A stretch of DNA of 64,000 nucleotides from Euglena gracilis (taxonomy: Eukaryota): positions 44,123,847 through 44,187,846 of the forward strand of contig CP154954.1 in NCBI GenBank assembly GCA_039621445.1. Direction: 5' to 3'. Each line of letters starts with the position of its first letter. The stretch's first letter is position 1. Below the pieces are notes generated by a model. It searched no databases and had not been told where the DNA came from. It saw only the letters and a program-made list of their open reading frames with translations. This document shows, one piece after another, positions 53,100-64,000 of the stretch. Position numbers and translations under genes: made by a program.

Positions 53100-55165
53100 T
53101 GGGCAAAAGGGATTTGCCCCCCAAATCAGTTGCGTTACATACATCAGGTGGGTTAAATCAGGTGGGTTACACAAGGGATTTGCCCCCCAAAACGGGTGGG
53201 TGACACAAGGGATTTTGTTATTTTGGGGCCCTGGAACAGTTGGGCAACAAAAGGGATTTGCCCCCCAGATCAGTTGGGCAACAAAAGGGATTTGCCCCCC
53301 AAAACGGGTGGGTTCCACAAGGGATTTTGTTATTTTGGGGCCCTCGAACAGTTGGGCAACAAAAGGGATTTGCCCCCCAAATCAGTTGGGCAACAAAAGG
53401 GATTTGCCCCCCAAAACGGGTGGGTAACACAAGGGATTTTGTTATTTTGGGGCCCTCGAACAGTTGGAACAAAAGGGATTTGCCCCCCAAAACGGGTGGG
53501 TAACACAAGGGATTTGCCTCCCAAAACGGGTGGGCAACACAAGGGATTTTAGGTCGACTTGCACCCGAGAAGGGGTTGGCAGATAAAAGGGGTTGGCAGA
53601 TAAAAGGGGTTTATTTTGTTAATGAAAGGGATAGGGTTAGGTCGACTTGCACCCGAGAAGGGGTTGGCAGATAAAAGGGGTTTATTTTGTTAATGAAAGG
53701 GATAGGGTTAGGTCGACTTGCACCCGGGAAGGGGTTGGCAGATAAAAGGGGTTTATTTTGTTAATGAAAGGGATAGGGTTAGGTCGACTTGCACCCGAGA
53801 AGGGGTTGGCAGATAAAAGGGGTTTATTTTGTTAATGAAAGGGATAGGGTTAGGTCGACTTGCACCCGAAAAGGGGTTGGCAGATAAAAGGGGTTTATTT
53901 TGTTAATGAAAGGGATAGGGTTAGGTCGACTTGCACCCGAAAAGGGGTTGGCGGATAAAAGGGGTTTATTTTGTTAATGAAAGGGAGGGTTAGGTCGACT
54001 TGCACCCGAGAAGGGGTTGGCAGATAAAAGGGGTTTATTTTGTTAATGAAAGGGATAGGGTTAGGTCGACTTGCACCCGAGAAGGGGTTGGCAGATAAAA
54101 GGGGCTGGGTTACACAAGGGATTTGCCTCCCAAAACGGGTGGGTAACACAAGGGATTTTTTTTATTTTGGGGCCCTCGAACAGTTGGGCAACAAAAGGGA
54201 TTTGCCCCCCAAAACGGCTGGGTTACACAAGGGATTTGCCTCCCAAAACGGGTGGGCAACACAAGGGATTTTTTTTATTTTGGGGCCCTCGAACAGTTGG
54301 GCAACAAAAGGGATTTGCCTCCCAAAACGGGTGGGCAACACAAGGGATTTTTTTTATTTTGGGGCCCTCGAACAGTTGGGCAACAAAAGGGATTTGCACC
54401 CCAAAACGGCTGGGTTACACAAGGGATTTGCCTCCCAAAACGGGTGGGTAACACAAGGGATTTTGTTATTTTGGGGCCCTCGAACAGTTGGGCAACAAAA
54501 GGGATTTGCCCCCCAAAACGGGTGGGTAACACAAGGGATTTTGTTATTTTGGGGCCCTCGAACAGTTGGGCAACAAAAGGGATTTGCCCCCCAAAACGGC
54601 TGCGTTACACAAGGGATTTGCCCCCCAAAACGGGTGGGTTCCACAAGGGATTTTGTTATTTTGGGGCCCTCGAACAGTTGGGCAACAAAAGGGATTTGCC
54701 TCCCAAAACGGGTGGGTAACACAAGGGATTTTTTTTATTTTGGGGCCCTCGATCAGTTGGGAAACAAAAGGGATTTGCCTCCCAAAACGGGTGGGTGACA
54801 CAAGGGATTTTGTTATTTTGGGGCCCTCGATCAGTTGGGAAACAAAAGGGATTTGCCTCCCAAAACGGGTGGGTGACACAAGGGATTTTGTTATTTTGGG
54901 GCCCTCGAACAGTTGGGCAACAAAAGGGATTTGCCCCCCAAAACGGGTGGGTAACACAAGGGATTTTTTTATTTTGGGGCCCTCGAACAGTTGGGCAACA
55001 AAAGGGATTTGCCCCCCAGATCAGTTGGCCAACAAAAGGGATTTGTCCCCCAAAACGGGTGGGCAACACAAGGAATTTTGTTATTTTGGGGCCCTCCAAC
55101 AGTTGGGCAACAACAGGGATTTGCCCCCCAAATCAGCTGGGTTACAGAAAGGATTTGTCCCCTAA
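53100..55165. repeat. Composite tandem array of AAGGGATTT-anchored modules
   Basis: Shuffled modules AAGGGATTTGCCCCCCAAAACGGGTGGG, AAGGGATTTTGTTATTTTGGGGCCCTCGAACAGTTGGGC and AAGGGATTTGCCCCCCAGATCAGTTGG, interrupted by the 71-bp array. Confidence 0.9.
53551..54104. repeat. 71-bp tandem repeat, about 7.5 copies
   Basis: Unit AGGTCGACTTGCACCCGAGAAGGGGTTGGCAGATAAAAGGGGTTTATTTTGTTAATGAAAGGGATAGGGTT, starting at 53551, 53639, 53710, 53781, 53852, 53923, 53992 and 54063. Confidence 0.95.
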
Positions 55166-55621
55166 AAACGGTCCGAAAATTTCTTTTTTTTTCTTTGGAG
55201 GGGGGGGGAGGTCGTGGGGTGGGCCGACCCTAAGTCGACCCTACCGTTGTAGGGGGGGGGGAGGTCGTGGGGTGGGCCGACCCTAAGTCGACCCTAAGGT
55301 CTGCCCACAAGGGGTTTCTAGGGTCGCCGCCCACTCCACAGCCTCGGGGGGGGGTCGACCATGGCGACCTTTGGCGACCTTTGGCGACCGTGGGCAGACC
55401 CTAGGGTCTGCCCACAACCCCCCCCCCAGGCCAGATCCGGGAGCCAGCACAAAGGGAGTTTGTTGGGGGGCGCGTTTTGGCCACCCTTGCCTTGCACACA
55501 CAAGGGGATATTGTTATTTTGGGCGGGGGGGGGGGGGGGCCGGGGCCCCCCCCCCGGAAACTTGAAGCGGTATTCAGTAAAATTTGACTCAAAATGCATG
55601 GAAAAACATTAGAATGAGCTT

Positions 55622-56874
55622 AAAACCTATTTTCTGGGCCCGACGCCTGTCTTGAAATTCTACTGACATTAACGGATTTCAGCCTGAAATTGTTTGTGTC
55701 AGTCGATTTCCATTCAGGCGCCCGTTTATGTCAGTCGATTTCCATTCAGGCGCCCGTTTATGTCAGTCGATTTCCATTCAGGCGCCCGTTTATGTCGGTC
55801 GATTTCCATTCCATTGAAATCTGTTGCTGGTCAGATTGGGAATTTTCAGTGACTTTTTTGGACATTTTGGATCTCCCTTTTTTGAAGACATTTTTGGTCC
55901 TATGGGGTTGTGGAGGCGTTACCCTCCTATGGGGTTGTGGAGGGACCAGAAAAAAACCAAATTTTGTGGTCAGGTGATCACAGCTGGCTGAACTTTGGAT
56001 GGAACAGACGGAAGGACGGAGCTGAAGATTATCATTTTCTGGAACTTCAGAAAAAGCATTCGGCAAATTTGCCCTGAACCAGTTGTTATCACTGGTTATC
56101 TGAAAGAAAAGCTTTTGGGTGAGGAGTGATTTGGCCACGTTACACCTATTTTCTAGGCTCGACGCCTGTATTGCAATTCTATTCTATTGCAAGGCTGTGT
56201 TCCTGGCAACATGGCTTTGGTCAAAATCTGTGTTTCTAAAAAAAATGCAGAGTCTGCGTTTTAGGCACAGTTCTTGAGATAGAGATTGTTCTTGTCAAAA
56301 CGGAAGAAAAAATGCATTCCGGAAAAATGCAGAGTCTGCGTTTAAGACACAGTTCTTGATGTAGAGATTGTTTCTTTCAAAATGGAAGAAAGGCTGAATT
56401 CCGAAAAAAGGAAGAAAAGGTTGGGTCGGACATTAACGGATTTCAGGCTGAAACCTAAAATGTCCCGAAACGGAACAAAAGGGCATTCAAAAAAAGGACA
56501 CAAAAGGTCGGTCGATTTCCAAGACATCGGAAACCGTTTATGTCAGTCGATTTCCATTCAGGCGCCCGTTAGTGTCGGTCGATTTCCATTCAGGCGCCCG
56601 TTAGTGTCGGTCGATTTCCATTCAGGCGCCCGTTAGTGTCAGTCGATTTCCATTCAGGCGCCCGTTAATGGGCCAAAAACCACTTTTTTGACCATATTTC
56701 CGTCCAGGCGGTTCGGTCGAATGAATATCAAGACAGGCGTCGGGCCCAGACAAAATAGGTTTTAGAAAAATCGACCGACACTAACAGATTCAGCAGGGGC
56801 GCCGGGCGGCTCGCTTCGCTCGCTCGCGCCCGGCGCCCCTGCTGAATCTGTTAGGGTCGGTCGATTTTTGTATA
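55622..56874 (+). mobile_element. Hairpin-ended non-autonomous element, copy 2
   Basis: Reverse-orientation homolog of 27477-28705 with the hairpin at about 56763-56872. An empty-site paralog AGCTTGAAACTGGC lies at 43581. Confidence 0.75.
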
Positions 56875-57805
56875 GAAACTGGCAACAAAACGTCCTATGT
56901 TAAAGAAAGAGACCCTAATGAACTTAGTCGGCCTACGGCCTCCTCCGGGGGGGCCGACCGCCCCTCCCGGACCCCCCCCGCCCAAAATAACAATATCCCC
57001 TTGTGTGTGCAAGGCAAGGGTGGACAAAACGCGCATCCTAACAAAATCTTTTTGTGTGTGCAAGGCAAGGATGGCCAAAACGCGCCCCCCAACAAACTCC
57101 CTTTGTGCTAACTTAGTCGGCCTACGGCCTCCTCCGGGGGGGGCTACCGCCCCCCCCGGACCCCCCGCCCAAAATAACAATATCCCTTTGTGTGTGCAAG
57201 GCAAGGATGGCCAAAACGCGCCCCCCAACAAACTCCCTTTGTGCTAACTTAGTCGGCCTACGGCCTCCTCCGGGGACCAATTTTAATTCCACCCCCCCCT
57301 GAAAATTTTTTTAAGCCCCCCCCCCAAAATTTTTTATCCAAAATGCCTTCCAAAATTTCGGGGTTCAATGAATTCAGGCGCCCCCAACAAACTCCCTTTG
57401 TGCTGACTTACTACGGCCTACGGCCTCCTCCGGGGGGGGGGGGTGCTGCCGCCCCCCCAGACCCCCCCGCCTAAAATAACAAAATCCCCTTGTGCATAGG
57501 TGCCGGATCAATTTTTTCTTGGGGGGGGCGAACATTCCGCCGAACGCCGAAGACTGACATATGGAACCGCAACCTGCTACCCGAACAGGCTTCTTTTTAA
57601 GTCACCTGACCCCCCCCCCCCCGGGGGGGACGGGGGGGGGGTGGGTGGGTCCGGGCCGGACCCCACCCCCCGGGGGGGGGGGGCCCGGGACAGAGGCGCC
57701 GGGTATACCATGCCCCCCTCAAAATAAAACCCCCACTCGGGCGCCAAAATCCCAGGGGGGGGGTCTTATATGGGGGGGGGTCTTATATGGGGGGGGGTCG
57801 GTCCC

Positions 57806-60800
57806 GGCTCCGAGCGGGAGATTGGCCATGGGACTTTTGGTGGTCGCTAGCGACCGGTCGCTAGCGACCATGGTCGCTAGCGACCGAATTCTGGCGACCG
57901 GTCGCTAGCGACCGTTGGTGGTCGGAGCGACCGGTCGCTAGCGACCACCAATAATTCGACCACCCCCCCCCCCTCAGAAAAGTTTTAAGCCCCCCCTGGG
58001 CAGGAAAATTTTCCCCCTGCGAAAGCCATGAAATTTTATATCAAAAGTTCATTATTCTGCTTTTAGGATCTTGCACGATGGCACACAATGTTTACGTTAC
58101 TATGAATTGCATTGGGGACGTGAAAGCCGCAAATGCGCTGGCGTGTAATTGCGCATTGCGCAAGGGCAGGCATTACGCCTGCGACGTGTGCCACAGGGAA
58201 GGAGCAGAGTATGCAGTTCAGCCATCCCGCTGTCTTTGTTTGGGTGAAAACATGAAGGAGAAAAACGACAATGCACCTGCACTGTGGTTATTGCATTCTT
58301 TTTCGCGGGCAAATGTCTGTGGTGTTCTGGACGTTGTTCCAGATGCAGGAAGGGGAAATTCTTGTTCTGACCCTGGTTTCCCCTGGTTTTGTACAGTCCA
58401 TCCATGCAACAACAGGCAGGGATGCGGTTGTACACCTACCTACATTGTGCAGCATCTGGAGGTGCATATGCGTGGTGGCGTCCGTGTACGGCCTGTTGTT
58501 CCACAAGCAACACGTGTTGGGGCGGGTGGGGTGCAGTCGCACCTCCCTTGGCCCCCCCACCAACAACGGTTGGTGATGCAGCAACACCTCCGTCTCCGGG
58601 AAGTCCAACCATGCTGACAGCTGTGAGTGCTGAACCGTCTATTGCTGTCCCTCCCTCTCTCTCTCTGCCATTTCTTAGTGCTTTTAATCAGTGGCTGCCG
58701 TAAACCAGCAACAGTGCAGTTTCTGATGAAATGTGTGTTTGGGGGGGGCAGCAACGTCAGGCACAGCAGCAATAGCCTGTTGTGGACTCTGGGCCACAGG
58801 AGTCACTGGAACCCCTGACTGCAGATGCAGCCAATGGACTGGAATGTGCTGCCCCCACACACTTGGAGCCACAGGAGCCATCTGCTGCGGTCGCAGCAAA
58901 TGCGGAGAACAGTGGGGCGGATCCTGCGGCACCTACTGGTGAGCAACGAGCTGTGCGTGCGCCAACCCAGGCCATTGCGTTTGGGGATGGTCTTGTTGAA
59001 AACGTAAAATTTCTGTTTAAATTTATTTTTGATGAAAACGTAAAAACATGGCAACAGGCAACATGGCCACATGTGTTACGGTTTTCTGTTCAGTTTGCCA
59101 CGTACCAGGCGAGCTAATCAGTCCATTCCCTTCCCCAACACAAATTTACTGGGTGGACCCTGAGGGCAGACCTGCCGCGTTGGATGGCACGCTGTCCACA
59201 TGCGGTCGACATGGAGGTGCTTGTGTTTGGCGACGATGGGGGTATTTTCCTGGCCGGCTGCTGACATTGAACGGGCCGATACCGGTTCGTATTCAACGTT
59301 ATCAATGCTCTGTGCGGTCTTCAAATCCACGCGTGCCATTTCATCACCCATGCTTCGAGCCAGCCGTGCAGGAGTGCTCCCAACCCCCCCCCCCCCACTG
59401 CCGGTTTGCACATGCATTCAGCGCCTTCACAATCTGGTCTGTTTTTTTTGAATCTGGCAAAATGTGTTAACAACACTCCTGTCCATATCCAAGCGGCACC
59501 TGGGACAAAGCCATCCATCCCATGCCTGCATGTGGGTGGGTACTACGTAACCCCTGACTTGCTGAATTTTATCTGGAAAATGTTCATTGGCACGAACGTG
59601 GCACCTATTGATATTGGCAGGACCATCACTTTTCTGTGGCACGGAGCCCTCGAGCGGCAGGGTGTACGAGGAAATCCCGCTACGTTTCAACGCCGTTTGG
59701 AGAGGGAGCTGGCGCTGCACAGCAGCATCCTGCCCAGTGCGCGCGTGTTTCGTCAGTGGGCCTACAAAATGTGGCATGTGCAGCAGCACTGGAATCAGAG
59801 TTTTTCTATCAGCCCACAGAACAACAATAGCCCCCCCCCCCCAAGCGTGGTCCGCTTTTCTGTTTGCCACTGGTTTTTCCTTTTGTGCCTCATCCAAATC
59901 TGTGGGTCCAAGGTCAGGAGGGAAACTTTTTCTGCATTGGTCATCATCATTCACATTCACATTGGCTGCATTGAAAAACCCCTGTCTGTGACGTGAAGGA
60001 CCTCGACACCGAGGTCCTTGCTCTCGAGGGCCAATACCTGAAATTCGATTACACGTACCGCGCGGTGGGCAATATCTGGGTTACTCGGCCCCCGCCTGCT
60101 ACAGCGGACGGTGCTCAAGGTGAACGCGCAGAAAACGAGACGGACAACAAACCAGATGTAGTGGAGCTGTCTTACGTTTTGGGTACAGTTTTTGGAACGA
60201 CTGGCCTGGTGCTGAGCACGTTGGTGTGCGCAACAGAGAAAATGGAGAACATGGAGGCCTGCTTCCGCAGTTGCTTTCGCAAAACGCGGGTACCCCCAAA
60301 ACAAATCTGCGTTGACGATTGGGAGAAGTGGCACAGTCACCTGCAGGCTTTGTTACTGGATGTCTTCGGACCGGAACCAGGCTTCTTTTTCACTGTGCAA
60401 CGTTTTTTTTTGGGCAATGTTCTGCACTGGTTCGTTATAACCGTCTCTGGGTGTTTTTCTGGTCGTGCAACCCTCCCATGCACCAATGGCTGTGGTCATC
60501 AAAAAGAGGCAAGCACACAGCATGGCTGTGTTATTACGCAGGATTTCCGCCATTGGAAGGAGCTCCTGCTGGCTCCCATGGATCACCGACACGCACAGTT
60601 TCACACTGTTAAAGCGGAGGTGGAAAAGCTGCGGAAACGGATGGACTGGAAAGAGGACCAGGAGGGGGCCATCACAACGGGACCTGAGTTGCGCGACGCT
60701 GTTCAGCAAATTCTGGCCACGTACAGCGATGGCGGTCCTGGCCGTGCACTGTTGCTCCGTGCGGGGGCACTGGAGCAACACCTGACGTTCGACGTTTGCG

Positions 60801-63581
60801 CATCCCTTGGTGGGGCTTTGGGTGGTGGGTTTTTTGACGTGGACATGAAGGCGCTGACCACGTCACACGGAAACGAGGGGTTGTTCAACGATCGCGTGAT
60901 CAGCGTGTGGGAAAACAAACTGGGACCAGGGCTTCACGTTGCATGTTTCGGGGCTGTGTTGCGTGTTTGACAGTTCACCCCCTCCCCTTCTTCCATACGT
61001 ATGCCCCCTGATGCTGGCAACCGCCATACTTCGATGCAGTCATCCGCCTGCGGGACTGCCCGCCGTCGGCGTCGCCTGGGACGAATTTGGCAGAGTCATT
61101 CCACAGTCGGCTGCGCGCCGACCATGAATTGTCGGGGCGGAAAAACTACAACACTGCGCTGGTGCGCATTGACATGGTGCTGCGTCGGTACAATTATGCT
61201 CTGGTGAATGCGCAGTACGCAGATGCGAACCGCCCAGAGGTGGAGGAGCTTGAGGACGAGCAGCCTGTGGCACGACACCGGCGTCGCATTCGTGACGTCG
61301 ACGGCGGGGTCGGTCTGGCCAACACACACCTCTTGAGCAGCTTCGGGTTCGACTCTCTGCGCGGCGGCGCAGAATTCATTGCCTTGTTCTACGGCATGCA
61401 GAGGGCAGAGTACCACGGCACCACCATGCACGACCTGGAGGCCAGGGGATTCGAGATCCGAATCTCCCAGAAAACACCCCTGTTTAAAGAGGAGAAGCGC
61501 GCCATCAAGAAATCTTTGGTAGAGTTGTCAAACGAGGGGGCGGCCGCCCTTGGGCGGTACAAATACATTGGCAACCATGCATCTTGTCCCTGGTTGGGTG
61601 TCCCTGGTCCCTGTCCCAGGTTGTGCTGGTTTGCAAGGGTGTGGGTTTGCAACGGTCTGTCAGTCGTGGGTGTCGTGAAACCTCTCCCGATGCGCAAACA
61701 ATGCACAGATGTATGCTACAAACTGGCTGTCCCGCGTTGTCCTGAGGGGTACCCGATCTCCAAACAGTGTCGCCCGCTACCTGCGTGCATTAATTAAAAA
61801 ACTGCATGCCAAATCTGTGGCGGCACGGCAGACCGTGCACCCCTGCCCAGATAACCTGACGCTCACCCAGCCGGATGAGTGTGGGGACAGCGAGGACGAC
61901 GGCGAACCCACGTCACTGTTTTCCCCGCCCCGCGACGGAGGGGGGTTGGGGGGGTGTCGCTTCACTGTTGACAAAACTGACGGGGTGCCATTTCCTGCTC
62001 GGGGAATGTTCGTGGGTTGGAGGTTTGTTGCAGCCCATTCAAACAGTGCAGTTGTCTCAGCTGCACCCCTCTGATGCAGGTTTTTTATCATGTCCTGGCG
62101 GGAATTGTCTGAACTAATTGATCCAATTTCGGGTTATATTCATCCCACGCGGCCCCGGCGACGTCGGCAGGTGTGTTCACAGCCGAATGTGGTTGTGAAC
62201 AGGTCACCCTCCCCAACTTTTACGGAGGCGGAACTAGACTCCGTCAAGCAAAGCAAGCAAAGCGTGCGTGCAGCACGTGCTCCTCGGGCACCTCGGAAAC
62301 CAAGGGCTCCGCGAAGCACAAGGAAAAGGGCACTACTCAAGGTTTGGGGATTTATATCATTCATACATTTCAGTTTCTCACGCATTTCAGATGGCGCAAA
62401 TTACTGAAATGCACGACTCTGATTGCCCGGAAAGTCCGGATATGCTGCGGCACGGTACGTGTCACCCTGGGGGGGGGGGGGGGGGCCTGTTTTCACGGTT
62501 CCCAGGATACGAGCCCTGTGAGGGGGAGGCAGACGAAAGCGCAATACATAACCCCGATGCCCAACCTGTCTGTGATGAAGGTTTGTCACTTTGGGCCGTC
62601 CGGGGAATTCTGTTTTTACGTGTTGCCGCAGATGATGCAATTCCCGCACCCGGACCTCCTCCGCCACCAGCTGCAGGGGCAGCTGCTTCGCCGGGTGATG
62701 TGTCCTCCTCAGAGGACGACACCGTCTGGTCACAGTGTGACCTCCCACAATGGGCCCCACGCCATTGCGCGCGGCCCAAATATTAACAGCCCAGCACACT
62801 TTTTCCAAACAAGATTTGCGCTTTGCCAGTCCGTGCGCTTCAGGTCCTGGGTCGGTTACCCCCCGGAGGGGATTTTGTTATTGGAGGGCGGGGGGGGGTG
62901 CGGGGGGGGGCGGCAGTCCCCCCCGCTAGACGACCAAGGGCGCCGAAGGCGCCTTAGGACTGTTTGTTTACGGTGCGCGTGGCATTACATGCGCGCCTGG
63001 CCCTGGGTCGGTTACCCCCCGGAAGGGATTTTGTTATTGGAGGGCGGGGGGGGGGGGCGGGGGGGGGCGGCAGCCCCCCCCCGCTAGACGACCAAGGGCG
63101 CCGAAGGCGCCTTAGGACTGTTTGTTTACGGTGCGCGTGGCATTGCATGCGCCCCTGGCCCTGGGTCAGTTCAGCCCTGGATAGTGTGCTGCGTCCCTGC
63201 GGCCGCTGTTTCCGTTTCGCTGTTTTCGTTTCCGTTTCTCCCTTTCCAGAGTTTACACTCTCGATACAGCAGCGGTTGTTTGCCTCTGCATCCTGGTCGC
63301 TGCCTGTGCATGCGCGCCCACACACACAGCTCTGCTGGCGGCCCAGAATGGCAGTTTCTTTTGCCCGACAGTAACATTTTGCATTTCATCCCAATGGGGG
63401 GGGGGGCTTAAAAATTTTCGGAAGGGGGGGGGGGGGTCGAATTATTGGTGGTCGCTAGCGACCGGTCGCTCCGACCACCAATGGTCGGTCGACCATGACC
63501 AACGGTCGCTAGCGACCGGTCGCTAGCGACCGGTCGCTAGCGACCACCAAAAGTCCCATGGCCAATTTCCCGCAATGAGCC
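57806..63581 (+). mobile_element. Putative autonomous DNA transposon (MULE-like structure, DxxH-type DDE transposase)
   Basis: About 190-bp imperfect TIRs GGCTC..ATTGGCCATGGGACTTTTGGTGGTCGCTAGCGACC / GGTCGCTAGCGACCACCAAAAGTCCCATGGCCAAT..GAGCC. Perfect 9-bp TSD GTCGGTCCC at 57797-57805 and 63582-63590. An empty-site paralog lies at about 40632-40660 on the reverse strand. Confidence 0.9.
58078..62786 (+). CDS. Intron-containing DDE transposase with N-terminal C2H2-like zinc finger (3' end approximate)
   Basis: Motifs LKFDYTY (D 60047), QICVDD (D 60314), QDFRH (DxxH 60542-60553) and GTNLAESFH (E 61093). Frames are joined by predicted nonconventional introns at 58211-58435, 59793-59989, 60375-60533, 60924-61015 and 61573-61720. 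Further introns are unresolved. Confidence 0.8.
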
Positions 63582-64000
63582 GTCGGTCCCGGCCAAAGGG
63601 CCGGCCTTCGGCCGGCCAGGGGGGGGTCTTATATGGGGGGGTCTTATATGGGGGGGGCATGGTACCTTTTCGGCGCGAAGCGCCGAAATTTTTTGAAAAT
63701 TGCCTTTAACGTGCCCGATTTTGGGGGGGGGGTCCCCGGACCCAAATGTTCAATTAAGGGGGGGGGGGGTGAAATAAGGGGGGGAGTGGTAACGTGTTTG
63801 TTATCCACAAGAAATTTGCAGAACCACAAAACGGTCACAATTACCTCAATTTTTATCAACAAAAAGCAAAGGTTTTTACCACGTGCCACCCGCAGGGTAG
63901 CGAAACGGTGGCCATTTTTCTGTATAGAAAGGTGAAATGGTCACATGAAAATCTTTTTAAGATTGGACCCCTGTGGAGCGTGGGTGCGCTGGACTTGGGG

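Larger units (their letters stand above)
52771..55445. mobile_element. 9-bp-TSD TIR element carrying satellite arrays
   Basis: Ends GGGGGGTAGATCTGGCCTGG / CCAGGCCAGATCCGGGAGCC. Perfect TSD AGCACAAAG at 52762-52770 and 55446-55454. A short relative lies at 45181-45504. Confidence 0.8.

Noticed and set aside
53100-55165. CRISPR-like regular repeats and long repetitive ORFs
   Set aside because: No unique spacers and no cas genes in a eukaryotic context; these are plain tandem repeats.
20312-57800. Frequent G/C homopolymer runs as a specific G-quadruplex system
   Set aside because: They are integral parts of the MITE families, and run lengths are prone to sequencing error.

Overview
Eukaryotic nuclear DNA. 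The rRNA sequence, TTAGGG-type repeats and intron style point to Euglena gracilis or a close euglenid. The window has four parts. (1) 0.5-6.9 kb: a minus-strand coiled-coil protein gene with phase-0 GT-AG exons, four of them exactly 126 nt, and MITE-filled introns. (2) 10449-20311: a circularly permuted, partly deleted rDNA unit opened inside the SSU gene. This is the pattern expected if the normally extrachromosomal rDNA circle was linearised and integrated. (3) 20.3-57.8 kb: densely nested non-autonomous DNA transposons. These include several GGCTC/GGCCC-ended elements with 9-bp TSDs, two carrying telomere-like arrays, and a hairpin-ended element inserting at TT^GAAAC. (4) 57806-63581: an apparently complete TIR transposon with a 9-bp TSD. 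Its DDE transposase (D..D..DxxH..E) is reconstructed in frame by removing euglenid nonconventional introns, and it is a candidate autonomous partner of the 9-bp-TSD MITEs. Most six-frame ORFs are spurious. All calls were read by eye without database searches.
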